Positions 10,428 to 19,750 of a DNA stretch of 64,000 bases are shown here, piece after piece. Position 1 is the stretch's first letter. Every line of letters starts with the position of its first letter. The position numbers were made by a program, and so were the translations under genes. The notes under the pieces are model-generated. The model did no database searches, was not told the origin of the DNA, and saw only the letters and a list, made by a program, of their open reading frames with translations. This DNA is from an uncultured Planctomycetota bacterium (GTDB taxonomy: Bacteria > Planctomycetota > Phycisphaerae > Tepidisphaerales > Tepidisphaeraceae): the NCBI GenBank assembly GCA_963841915.1, contig CAWJEN010000006.1, positions 1,664,001 through 1,728,000 of the forward strand, given 5' to 3'.

Positions 10428-12413
10428 ATGGCCATTGCCGCCCAGCCCCACGCCCAGCAACCCGAGTCAGAACGCCAGAAGCGTGAGGACGAAGATCGGA
10501 AAAAGCAAGATGGCCGCATCACTCGCACGCGGCTGGTCCAGCGACTTGTTGAAAATGACGGCAACCTGCCGGACTTCATGGAGGATCTCATCGCCGTCCA
10601 GGCGGCTGTGGTCGCCGGCACTGAAGCCGTCGCGTTCCTCATCGAAGGCAAGGACGAGCGGGGCAAGCCCGAGCTACGGACCCTGAAACATGTCCGTCCC
10701 GACAACGTCGAAGATGGCGTTAAACGTCAGGCCATCAATGCGTTTCGCGAAATCGTGACGCAGTGCATTGAGCAGGAAAAAGACGGTGCTCTTCGCGTCG
10801 CAGCCGGCAGCGGTGAGACTGATCCGCAGTTCTGCCTCGTCACATTGCTCCGCCAGGACGAGCGACCCGTCGCCGCGACGGCGGTCATTACAAGGTGCCG
10901 CGACGAGAGCCGAGCGCTTCAGCGGCTGAGCACGATGCAACTCGTCAGCGGCTACTTCGACCTCTTCCTGCTCAAACGCCAAGGCGAGCAAAGTCGGCAG
11001 GTCGCCAAGACACACCAGGACGTGCTGCAGTTCGCCAGCGTCGTCTCGACGGCAGAAGACTTCCAGGCGTCGACCGTCGGTCTGTGCAACGAACTGGCCG
11101 CTCGCACCGGCGCCGCACGCGTCGCCATCGGCTGGGTCAAGTTCCTCGGCGGCGACAAGATCCAGCTCAAGGCGATCAGTCACACAGAAGAATTTGACAA
11201 GAAGCAGGAACTCTCTGTCCAGCTCGTCCGCGTGATGGAGGAATGTCTCGATCAGGACGAGTACTGCCAGTTCGACCCGGCAGGTGAGTCGACCGACAAC
11301 GTCACCCGCGAGGCAATGAAGCTTTCGCAAATGGAGGGCGGCAACCGCGTCGTCAGCGTGCCGTTGCGTCGCCGCGAAAAGCAGGTCGGCGTGATGTCGC
11401 TCGAGTTCCCGCCTGAAAAGCCCAGCACGCCCGCCGAAGCCACCGCACTGGCCGTCGCGGCCGAATTGCTCGCGCCGCAGCTGTACGATCGGTTCCAGAA
11501 CGACCGCTACCTCGTCACGAAGGCCGGCCTAAGCGTTCGCGACAACACCAAGAAGATCTTCGGCCTCCGTCAGCACACGCTGGCCAAAGTGATCGTGCTG
11601 TCGGTCATCGGGTTGCTGCTGTTCCTGGCTTTGTTCTCGCCGATGTACCGCGTGGCGGCACCTTTCGAGTTCGTGCCGATCGATCGTCGCATCGTCGACG
11701 CTCCGTTCGATGGCATTATTGCCAAAGTTAATTTCGACGTCGGTGACACGGTTGCTAAGGGAGACGTGCTGGCGGTGCTCGACACGCGTGACCTCGAGGA
11801 AGAGCTCAAGGTCCAGGAGAAGGACTACCTTCGGTTTGAGGCCGAAGCGGCAGCGCTTCGTTCGCGACGCTCGGAAGGTGAGCAATTTCCCGCCGAAGAA
11901 CGTGCCAAGCGGCTTCAGGCCGAAGCCGCCCAGGCGCGGATGGATCAGATTAAGTCGCAGATTGAGAAGGCCAGCCTCAAGTCGCCCATCAACGGCGTCA
12001 TCCTCGAAGTTCCCGGCACTGAAGACCTCCGCGAGCGGATCGGTACGCAGCTGCGCACCGGCGACCCGCTGGCCGTCATCGGCGACCCGGCCAAGCTTCG
12101 CGTCGAAGCGCGTGTGAACGACCGCGACATTGAAGAGATCAAGACGGGTTACGAAGGCACGCTCGCCACGAGCAGCAAGCCGGGCAAGAAGGTGCCGTTG
12201 AAGGTCGTCAAGATCATCTCCATGGCCGCCGCCGATCCTGCCGCTAGTAGCAATGCCTTCACCGTCATCGCAGAGGTCGACAGCCAGTACCGCGATGAAA
12301 CCTGGCGCCCTGCCGGCACTGGGGAAGTCCGAATCGATGTGGAAAAACGGAGCCTCGCCCGTCAATGGACGCAACGCCTCGATGAGTGGATCCGCCTGAA
12401 GCTCTGGCTTTAA
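10428..12413 (+). CDS. GAF-domain + TM + HlyD-like membrane fusion protein
   Basis: GAF-like N-terminal region (VVSVPLRRREKQVGVMSLE), TM helix, APFDGIIAKVNFDVGDTVAKGDVLAVLD, LKSPINGVI. Confidence 0.8.
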   Translation: MAIAAQPHAQQPESERQKREDEDRKKQDGRITRTRLVQRLVENDGNLPDFMEDLIAVQAAVVAGTEAVAFLIEGKDERGKPELRTLKHVRPDNVEDGVKRQAINAFREIVTQCIEQEKDGALRVAAGSGETDPQFCLVTLLRQDERPVAATAVITRCRDESRALQRLSTMQLVSGYFDLFLLKRQGEQSRQVAKTHQDVLQFASVVSTAEDFQASTVGLCNELAARTGAARVAIGWVKFLGGDKIQLKAISHTEEFDKKQELSVQLVRVMEECLDQDEYCQFDPAGESTDNVTREAMKLSQMEGGNRVVSVPLRRREKQVGVMSLEFPPEKPSTPAEATALAVAAELLAPQLYDRFQNDRYLVTKAGLSVRDNTKKIFGLRQHTLAKVIVLSVIGLLLFLALFSPMYRVAAPFEFVPIDRRIVDAPFDGIIAKVNFDVGDTVAKGDVLAVLDTRDLEEELKVQEKDYLRFEAEAAALRSRRSEGEQFPAEERAKRLQAEAAQARMDQIKSQIEKASLKSPINGVILEVPGTEDLRERIGTQLRTGDPLAVIGDPAKLRVEARVNDRDIEEIKTGYEGTLATSSKPGKKVPLKVVKIISMAAADPAASSNAFTVIAEVDSQYRDETWRPAGTGEVRIDVEKRSLARQWTQRLDEWIRLKLWL

Positions 12414-12515
12414 GAGATGAGGCGAGGGATGCCTCGAAGAAGCCGAAGCCACAGGCCGAGGCACACATCTCATTGAAAACGCGACGCACCTGTCGACACG
12501 CACTGCCTTGACGTC

Positions 12516-14741
12516 ATGACCCTTCAGCTTCGTCCAACATTCTCCGAGTCGTGGTACCGGGTCAAAGACCTCAAGCCGCGCCTCCGCGCTGCCGCCCAGA
12601 TTTCGCGTCAGTTTTACCGCGGCGAGCGGTGGTACGTTGTTCGTGACCCGGCCGGTAATCAGTTCCACCGGCTCAGCGATGTGGCGTATCAGTTCGTCGG
12701 CCTGCTCGACGGCACCCGCACCGTCGGCGAAGCGTGGGAACTCGTCGGCGGGCAGCTTGCCGACGACGCCCCGACGCAGCCGGAAGTCATTCAGATTCTG
12801 TCGCAGCTCTACAGCGCGAATCTGATCGAGACCAATATTGCCCCCGACGCGCAGGTGCTGCTTCGACGCCAGAAGAAGCAACGCGAACGCAAGTTCCAGG
12901 GCCGCCTGATGAACCTTTTGTTCCCGCGGATTCCGCTGTGGGACCCGGACAAGTTCCTCAAGATCTGGATGCCGCTGGCTGCACCGTTCATCAGCCGCGT
13001 CGGCATGGTCCTGTGGATCTTCGTCGTCGGGGCTGCGTTGCTGTTCATCCTGCCCAACGCCGACAAGTTCGCCAACCAGACGCAAGACTTCCTAAGCAAC
13101 GGCACGGTCGAGATGTGGCTGCTGCTGGGCATCACCTTTCTCGGGACCAAGTTCCTGCACGAGATGGGCCACGCCTTTGCCGTCCGAAGGTTCGGCGGTG
13201 AGTGTCACGAAGTGGGCATCATGTTCCTGGTGCTCATGCCGTGCCCGTACGTCGACGCGTCGACGGCGTGGGGCTTCTCGAGCAAGTGGCGGCGGATCTT
13301 CGTCTCTGCCGGTGGCATGATCGCCGAGGTCTTCATCGCCGCCCTTGCAGGCATTGTCTGGTTCATCACGATTGATAACCAGCAGTCGGCTCTCAACCAG
13401 ATCAGCTACTACACGATGCTCATCGCGGGCATCAGCACGATCCTCTTCAACGCCAACCCGCTGCTGCGGTACGACGGCTACTACATCTTGAGCGACTGGC
13501 TTGAGATCCCGAACCTGCAACAGAAATCCCGTGAATACAGCCTCGGGCTCGTCAAGCGGTACATCTTCCGTGTCAAGACCAATCAGCCGCTGCCGGCGAC
13601 GCTCAAGCAGAAACTCTGGCTCGCGTTCTACTGGTCGCTGAGCGGCATCTACCGCATCTTCATCGGGTTCGCCATCTTGTTCATGGTGATCTACTCGCTG
13701 CCCGAGCCGGTGCAGATCGTCGGCTACTTCCTGGCAGCCGGTGCGGTGACGACGTTCTTCATCGTCCCGATTTTCAAGCTCTTCAAATACCTCACGACCG
13801 AAGCCGAGCTTCACCGCAAGCGGACCCGGGCCTGGGCATTTACGCTCAGCGTCGTTGCGGTGCTGGTCGTGCTGCTGGCGATCGTGCCGTTCCCGTCAGC
13901 CGTGCGGGCAGAGGCCATAAGCGAGCCGCTCGATCGTCAGCTCGTCGGCGTCATGTCACCTGGCCGCGTCACCGAGCTCAGCGTCGAAGACGGCGAACGC
14001 GTCGAAGAAGGTCAGGTCATCGCGACACTGTCAAACCCGCAGCTACAGACCGACCTCAAGATCGCCAAGCTCGAGCTGCAGCAAGCTCAAGCCCAACTCG
14101 GCGGCGTCCGGTTCAGCGACCGAGACCTTGCCGCCATCTATCGACGACAAGTCGAAGCCGCCGAGGCACGGGTCGAGTCAGCCCAGGTGCGGGTCGATGA
14201 GCTCGTCGTCCGCAGCCCTGCCGCAGGTATGTTCGTCGCGCCGGACCTTCGTGAGCGGTTCGGCACCTTCATCCAACGTGGACAGCCCATCGGCATCGTT
14301 CAGGACGCCCGCCAGCTCGAGCTCTTCGTCAACGTCGATCAGCAGGCCGCCCAGCGTGTCACCGGCGCCCTCCGCGACGGCAAGGCTCAAGTCCAGGTCC
14401 GGCTCGCCAGCAACATCTCCGAGAACATCAAGAACGGCATCATCGACGACCGTGCGATGCTGACGGCTGCTAAGAACGAATTGCGCAGCCCGGCCATGAC
14501 CGTCGCCGGGGGCGGCACGATCTCTCCCGACCCGCGTGACCCGACAAAGTCGTCACAAAACATGTTCGAGTTCCGGCTCGTTCTGCCCAACCTGCACGAC
14601 GACGGGTCCATCATGCACCTGCCGGGCCAGCGGGCGTACGTCCGCATCAAGCTCGAGGACGAGCCGATCGTCCAGCAGCTGTGGCGTGGGGCGTTGCAGC
14701 TCATCCAAACGCAAACGACGACACAGTCGTCTCAAGGATAA
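12516..14741 (+). CDS. PqqD/RRE-like domain + M50 (site-2) metalloprotease + HlyD-like MFP fusion
   Basis: HEMGH and NANPLLRYDG M50 motifs, several TMs, C-terminal lipoyl-like motif (VEDGERVEEGQVIATL; VRSPAAG); N-terminal LLDGTRTVGEAWE wHTH. Confidence 0.85.
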   Translation: MTLQLRPTFSESWYRVKDLKPRLRAAAQISRQFYRGERWYVVRDPAGNQFHRLSDVAYQFVGLLDGTRTVGEAWELVGGQLADDAPTQPEVIQILSQLYSANLIETNIAPDAQVLLRRQKKQRERKFQGRLMNLLFPRIPLWDPDKFLKIWMPLAAPFISRVGMVLWIFVVGAALLFILPNADKFANQTQDFLSNGTVEMWLLLGITFLGTKFLHEMGHAFAVRRFGGECHEVGIMFLVLMPCPYVDASTAWGFSSKWRRIFVSAGGMIAEVFIAALAGIVWFITIDNQQSALNQISYYTMLIAGISTILFNANPLLRYDGYYILSDWLEIPNLQQKSREYSLGLVKRYIFRVKTNQPLPATLKQKLWLAFYWSLSGIYRIFIGFAILFMVIYSLPEPVQIVGYFLAAGAVTTFFIVPIFKLFKYLTTEAELHRKRTRAWAFTLSVVAVLVVLLAIVPFPSAVRAEAISEPLDRQLVGVMSPGRVTELSVEDGERVEEGQVIATLSNPQLQTDLKIAKLELQQAQAQLGGVRFSDRDLAAIYRRQVEAAEARVESAQVRVDELVVRSPAAGMFVAPDLRERFGTFIQRGQPIGIVQDARQLELFVNVDQQAAQRVTGALRDGKAQVQVRLASNISENIKNGIIDDRAMLTAAKNELRSPAMTVAGGGTISPDPRDPTKSSQNMFEFRLVLPNLHDDGSIMHLPGQRAYVRIKLEDEPIVQQLWRGALQLIQTQTTTQSSQG

Positions 14742-14745
14742 TCCG

Positions 14746-16701
14746 ATGAGTTCTGCCGCAGGCGAGCTGTTTCACATCTTTGACGCCCGTCGTGTCAAGG
14801 CCCCGGAAGTCAAGGGCCTCGACGTAGGTGCCAACGCAGCTGTCGGCTGGGTCAAGCACAAGGTGCCGGTCCTGCGACAGCTCAAAGCCTTTAGCAAGCA
14901 GGTCGACGCGCAGGAAGACGCCGTCCACAAGCTTGGCAGCAACGCGTTCCGAGACGAGGTCGCCAGAATTCGCGACATCGCACGTCGCGGCAAGCTCGAG
15001 CAGGATCAGGCGTCGCTCGTCCGCGCCTTTGCCCTGGGGCGCGAGGCGTCCGTTCGCACGCTCGAGAAGCGGCCGTACCCCGTGCAAATCATCGGCGCTC
15101 GAGCAATCACGCGTGGCTTCGTGGCCGAAATGGCGACCGGCGAAGGCAAGACGCTCACCGCTGCCATTGCCGCTGCAATCTGGTCGTGGAGCGGCCGGCC
15201 TGTGCACGTCGTCACCGTCAACGACTATCTCGTCGCCCGCGATGCTGAGCTGAATCGGCCGCTTTACGAGATGATGGGCACGACCGTCGCCCATGTCACC
15301 CACGAGATCACGCCGCAGCAACGGTTCGGCGCCTATCGCAGCGGCGTCATCTACACGACGAGCAAGGAGATGGTCGCTGACTTTCTGCGCGACCAGATCA
15401 TGCTCGGAGAACAGCGATCGAGCACCAGCACTGCCGTCGGCATGATGTCGGGCAGGCAGAATCGCCCGTGTCTCGTGCCAGGCTTGTTTCGCTGCATCGT
15501 GGATGAGGCCGACAGCCTGCTGATCGACGAGGCCGTCACGCCGCTTATCATCAGCAACGCACCCGAGGGCAATGCGAACGAGCCGCTGTACCGCGAGGCA
15601 CGTGAACTCGCTTTGCAGCTGACGAGCGGGCGGGATTACACGGTCGACAAGACCGAGCGCAAGGTCGACCTCACCGGCCGCGGCAAGACCGCGCTGCACG
15701 ACATCGCCGAGGCCGTCATTCCCGATGAAGACGCCGGCTTCTGGGTCGGGCGTCGTCGTCGTGAGGAACTCGTCACGCAGGCGCTCGTCGCCGAGTACTG
15801 CTTCATCAAAGACGAGCAGTACCTCATCGATCCCGAAGGAAAGATCGTCATTGTCGATGAATCGACCGGCCGCGTCATGCCCGACCGATCGTGGCGGGGT
15901 GGCCTGCATCAGGCGATCGAGGTCAAGGAAAAGCAGGAAGTCACGAGCGACAAGGAAAACCTTGCAAGGCTCAGCTTTCAGCGGTTCTTCCGCCAATACA
16001 CGCACCTGGCTGGCATGACCGGCACCGCCTGGGAGGCTCGCAGCGAGCTTTGGCAGATCTTCAACAAGGCCGTCGTCCGCATCCCGACGAACAAGCCGCT
16101 TGTCCGCAAGCAGCTACCGCTGAAGTTCTTCGGCAAGGCAGACGACAAATGGGATGCGGTCGTCGACCGCGTGGCTGAGCTGCACAAGGACGACAAGCCG
16201 GTCCTCATCGGCACGCGCAGCGTCTGGTCGAGTGAGGAGGTCGCCCGGCGTCTCGAAGCCCGCGGCTTGCCGCACCGCGTGCTCAACGCCCGGCACGACA
16301 AGAGCGAGGCCGACATCATCGGTCAGGCCGGTCAGCCCGGCGGCATCACCGTCGCGACCAACATGGCCGGTCGCGGCACGGACATTCTGCTCGGTCGCGG
16401 CGTGCGTGAAAACGGTGGCCTCAACGTCATCGCCACCGAACCTCACGGCAGCGAACGCATCGACCGCCAGCTGTTCGGCCGCGCCGGTCGGCAAGGTGAT
16501 CCGGGAACCGCCCAAATGTTCGCCTCGGCCGAGGACGACGTCATCAAGCGGCACGCCGACAAGCTCCGCGGCAAATGGCGTGTCGTCGGCGGTGCCCGCG
16601 TCATCCGCGTCGCCCAGAAGCGGGCCGAAAAGCTCGGCCGCTTCAACCGCAAGCAAGTGCTCCGCAGCGACGACTGGATGGACCAGAGTCTGCCGTTTTA
16701 G
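14746..16701 (+). CDS. Secondary SecA-family DEAD-motor ATPase, C-terminally truncated (651 aa)
   Basis: EMATGEGKT, HVVTVNDYL, IVDEADSLLIDEAVTPLIIS, GMTGTA, ATNMAGRGTDI, QLFGRAGRQGDPG; ends shortly after NBD2. Confidence 0.9.
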   Translation: MSSAAGELFHIFDARRVKAPEVKGLDVGANAAVGWVKHKVPVLRQLKAFSKQVDAQEDAVHKLGSNAFRDEVARIRDIARRGKLEQDQASLVRAFALGREASVRTLEKRPYPVQIIGARAITRGFVAEMATGEGKTLTAAIAAAIWSWSGRPVHVVTVNDYLVARDAELNRPLYEMMGTTVAHVTHEITPQQRFGAYRSGVIYTTSKEMVADFLRDQIMLGEQRSSTSTAVGMMSGRQNRPCLVPGLFRCIVDEADSLLIDEAVTPLIISNAPEGNANEPLYREARELALQLTSGRDYTVDKTERKVDLTGRGKTALHDIAEAVIPDEDAGFWVGRRRREELVTQALVAEYCFIKDEQYLIDPEGKIVIVDESTGRVMPDRSWRGGLHQAIEVKEKQEVTSDKENLARLSFQRFFRQYTHLAGMTGTAWEARSELWQIFNKAVVRIPTNKPLVRKQLPLKFFGKADDKWDAVVDRVAELHKDDKPVLIGTRSVWSSEEVARRLEARGLPHRVLNARHDKSEADIIGQAGQPGGITVATNMAGRGTDILLGRGVRENGGLNVIATEPHGSERIDRQLFGRAGRQGDPGTAQMFASAEDDVIKRHADKLRGKWRVVGGARVIRVAQKRAEKLGRFNRKQVLRSDDWMDQSLPF

Positions 16702-16740
16702 CAGCAGGGTTCGCGACTTAGGACACCGTTGAGAAGACAC

Positions 16741-16771
16741 GGCAGCTGCGGCTCTTAGACCCGCAGCTACC
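16741..16771. terminator. GC-rich hairpin between convergent genes
   Basis: GGCAGCTGCGG-ctcttagac-CCGCAGCTACC. Confidence 0.55.
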
Positions 16772-16819
16772 TACCGCTTTACCGTGGGTTGAGTAGATGC
16801 TCCGCTTGCAAGCTCAGCA

Positions 16820-17404
16820 TTACCGGCCTTCGTCAGCCTTGGACTGGTCAGCCAGCTGACGGCTCGTGTCGCCGCCAGCGTCGCCGCCGATGACGTGCTT
16901 GGCGGTGTCCGTGATCTTGCCCTCGCTCATGAGCTGACTCATCAGTACGCGGCGGTAGCTGGCGGCACGCAACTGCTCCTTGACGGCGTCGGTCCGCTCC
17001 ATGCGAAGTTTGTCGTTCTGCGTGAACAGGGCTTCTTCCAGCGCCTCGTTCTCGAGCAGCAGGGCGTACATTGCGTCGGCGTTCTTGCCACCGGAGTTGA
17101 ACAACCCGCCGTAGCCGGCTGCCTTGCGTCGGTATTCCTCGACCCGCTCCATGAGCGTCTGCTTGTCTCCGCGGAGCGCCTCTACCTCGACCTTGAGCTC
17201 GTCGAGTTCCTGGTCGTACACCTGCTTGAAGCCGCGTTGGGCGCTGAAGAGTTCCTCTTCCTTCTGCTGCATGTTCTTTCGCTGACTTCCGACGCCGAGC
17301 CAGCGACCGATCTTGTAGCCGATGAAGATCATCAGCATCGCCGCTACAGCGAGCACGATAGCCCAGAACCAGCGCTGAAAATCACTCTCGAAGACGGGCA
17401 GCAT
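16820..17404 (-). CDS. Hypothetical protein, N-terminal TM anchor + coiled coil
   Basis: WFWAIVLAVAAMLMIFIGY then an E/K/Q-rich helical region. Confidence 0.75.
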   Translation of the reverse strand: MLPVFESDFQRWFWAIVLAVAAMLMIFIGYKIGRWLGVGSQRKNMQQKEEELFSAQRGFKQVYDQELDELKVEVEALRGDKQTLMERVEEYRRKAAGYGGLFNSGGKNADAMYALLLENEALEEALFTQNDKLRMERTDAVKEQLRAASYRRVLMSQLMSEGKITDTAKHVIGGDAGGDTSRQLADQSKADEGR

Positions 17405-17413
17405 GGCCGCACT

Positions 17414-18568
17414 CTACGACGGGACTGGGCGTGCCGCACGACCGGACCGCAGTGTCGTCAGGCGACGCTTCCTCTTTTGGCGGTGCTTGATGCTCATGAC
17501 GAGCCCGCCAATGAGACCGACAGCCGTCAGAGGCACGACGAAGGCCAGCATTGCCCAACTGAAGGGCCGCATCGCGTCATGGTTTGTCGCGTCGAGCAGC
17601 AGGTAGACCATGTAGGCGACGAAGTACACGAGCATGAGCCCGCCCTCCAGACGACTGATGCGGCCGCCGGTGAAGAAGATCGGGAAGCAGACGACCGCCA
17701 CCGCGACCATCACTGGCAAGTCGAAGCGAATTGCCGCCGCCGAGACCGGGACGCCCTCCGGTGGCAACGCAGCAGTAAGCCCCAGGACGCAAAGCAAGTT
17801 AAACAGGTTGCTTCCGACCACGTTACCGACGGCCAGATCACGCTGTCCGCGAAAGCTCGCCAGCACGCTCGTAGCAATTTCCGGAAGGCTCGTGCCGATG
17901 GCGATGACGGTCAACCCGATGACGAGTTGACTGATGCCCATCGCCTCAGCCGCAGTGGTCGCACCCTCGACCAGCCAGCGTGCACCTAAAGCGAGGCCGA
18001 TCAAGCCGATCACGATCGAGCCGATGTCGACGGTCCAATTGACCTTCTCTACCGGCTCATTGTCCGCGGCCACCGCAGCGGCCGCCTTCTTGTCCTTGCG
18101 GACGGTCGTGAAGATGATGAGCAGGTACGCCAACAACCCGGCGACGAGAACGCCTCCCTCGACGTGGCTCACGATGCCGTCTGCCGCCATCGCCCAGACG
18201 CCGAAGCTCACGAGAATCAGCAGCGGCACGTCCAGCCGAACAAGCTGGTCCCGCACCACAAGCGGCGCGACGACGGCCGAAAGGCCGAGAATCAGCAGCA
18301 CATTCATCACGTTGCTCCCGACGATGTTGCCGACGGCCACGTCTGCGTTACCCGTAAGCGAACCGCCGACGCTGACGGCGAGTTCAGGCGCACTCGTGCC
18401 GAACGACACGACGGTTAGGCCGACGATCAGCGGCGAAATGCCAAACCCACGGGCCAGTCGAGACGCTCCCCGCACGAGCAATTCGGCCCCGGCGATGAGC
18501 AACACGAAGCCGAGGGCGAACCGCAGCCAAAGCGGTAGAAGTTGTTCGATCTGCAGGGCGGCTTCCAC
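17414..18568 (-). CDS. Calcium/sodium antiporter (YrbG/CaCA family)
   Basis: Two alpha repeats GTSAPEL..GNIVGSN and GTSLPEI..GNVVGSN; about 10 TMs; start uncertain (ORF extends to 18622). Confidence 0.9.
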   Translation of the reverse strand: MEAALQIEQLLPLWLRFALGFVLLIAGAELLVRGASRLARGFGISPLIVGLTVVSFGTSAPELAVSVGGSLTGNADVAVGNIVGSNVMNVLLILGLSAVVAPLVVRDQLVRLDVPLLILVSFGVWAMAADGIVSHVEGGVLVAGLLAYLLIIFTTVRKDKKAAAAVAADNEPVEKVNWTVDIGSIVIGLIGLALGARWLVEGATTAAEAMGISQLVIGLTVIAIGTSLPEIATSVLASFRGQRDLAVGNVVGSNLFNLLCVLGLTAALPPEGVPVSAAAIRFDLPVMVAVAVVCFPIFFTGGRISRLEGGLMLVYFVAYMVYLLLDATNHDAMRPFSWAMLAFVVPLTAVGLIGGLVMSIKHRQKRKRRLTTLRSGRAARPVPS

Positions 18569-18662
18569 GTCAGGCGAGACTACGGCCGCCGTTGCTTGCC
18601 GTCGCCGTCGCCCCTGCGGCAAGTAGGAGCGTTAGCGCCACAAGAGCACAAATGACATTCTC

Positions 18663-18678
18663 TATCGCGATCACGATA
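18663..18678. promoter_or_regulatory. Near-palindrome TATCGCGATCACGATA, candidate operator in the divergent intergenic region
   Basis: 14/16 self-complementary; lies upstream of the Hcy-methyltransferase gene. Confidence 0.35.
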
Positions 18679-18760
18679 AGGTTCGGCCGACCTGCGTGAG
18701 CCTAAGCGAGTTTCACTGCTCTAAAGGGCTGCTGCGTCGGCGGACCCGCTAAGGTGCGCC

Positions 18761-19750
18761 ATGCCCGACCGCAAGCCGTTCCTTGATCTTGTCGCCGAAC
18801 GTGTCGTCGTCCTCGACGGAGCGATGGGCAGCGCGTTGCAGGAGATCGATCTCGATCTCGAGAAGGACTGGATGAACCAGGAGAATATGAGCGAGGTGCT
18901 CAACTTCACCCGGCCTGACGTTTTGATCGAGATTCACAAGTCGTTTCTGCAGGTCGGCTGTGACGCCGTCGAGAGCAACACGTTCGGCGGCAACCGCATT
19001 GTCATGGCCGAGGCCGAGATGGAGGACAAGGCCTACGAGGTGAGCAAGCTCGGGGCAGAAATTGCGCGCGATGCGTGTAACGCAGTCGAGACGCCAGACC
19101 GGCCGCGGTACGTCGTCGGCAGCGTCGGGCCAGGGACGAAGATCGCCTCGTTCGGCAATACGAATTGGGACACGATGGAGGCCAGCTACTACGAGAATGT
19201 CAAAGGCCTGCTCGACGGTGGCGTAGACGTCTTGCTGAGCGAGACGGCTCAGGATCTGCTGCAGATCAAGATCTTCCTCGCCGCGGTTCGGCGGGCAAGC
19301 GACGACGCAGGGCGAAAGGTGCCGACGATGGTGCAGGCAAGCTTTGACCTCAACAACGGGGCCAACATGCTCACCGGACCCGACCCTGAGACGTTCGCCG
19401 CCACGTTCCTGCCGTACCACGCCAGCGGCGAAATCGACGTCCTGGGCGTCAATTGCGCCTACGGCCCGCAGGAACTGGCCGACGCGGTCAACACCATCGC
19501 AAGCGTCTGGCCCGGCTACGTCAGCGTGCTACCGAACGCCGGCATGCCGGTGATGGTGGACGGCCGGAGTCACTTCCCGCTCCAACCCAATGACTTTGCC
19601 GCAGGCGTCATGCGGTTCGTCGACGAGACGGGCGTCGACATTGTCGGTGGCTGCTGTGGAACCAAGGTGCCGCACCTGCGGAGCCTAATAGAAGCCCTGG
19701 GCGAGCGGGGCCCGCTACGCGAAGCCGCCGCCGAGCTGGCGACGGCTTGA
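18761..19750 (+). CDS. Stand-alone homocysteine S-methyltransferase domain (split MetH N-terminal module)
   Basis: VLDGAMGS, SNTFG, GSVGPG, GVNCAYGP, PNAGMP, GGCCGT Zn ligands; ends at 329 aa. Confidence 0.9.
   Translation: MPDRKPFLDLVAERVVVLDGAMGSALQEIDLDLEKDWMNQENMSEVLNFTRPDVLIEIHKSFLQVGCDAVESNTFGGNRIVMAEAEMEDKAYEVSKLGAEIARDACNAVETPDRPRYVVGSVGPGTKIASFGNTNWDTMEASYYENVKGLLDGGVDVLLSETAQDLLQIKIFLAAVRRASDDAGRKVPTMVQASFDLNNGANMLTGPDPETFAATFLPYHASGEIDVLGVNCAYGPQELADAVNTIASVWPGYVSVLPNAGMPVMVDGRSHFPLQPNDFAAGVMRFVDETGVDIVGGCCGTKVPHLRSLIEALGERGPLREAAAELATA

Noticed and set aside
12516..14741. RiPP/bacteriocin cluster suggested by RRE + peptidase + HlyD
   Set aside because: No precursor peptide, YcaO, LanM or radical SAM maturase is adjacent; the context fits protein export better.
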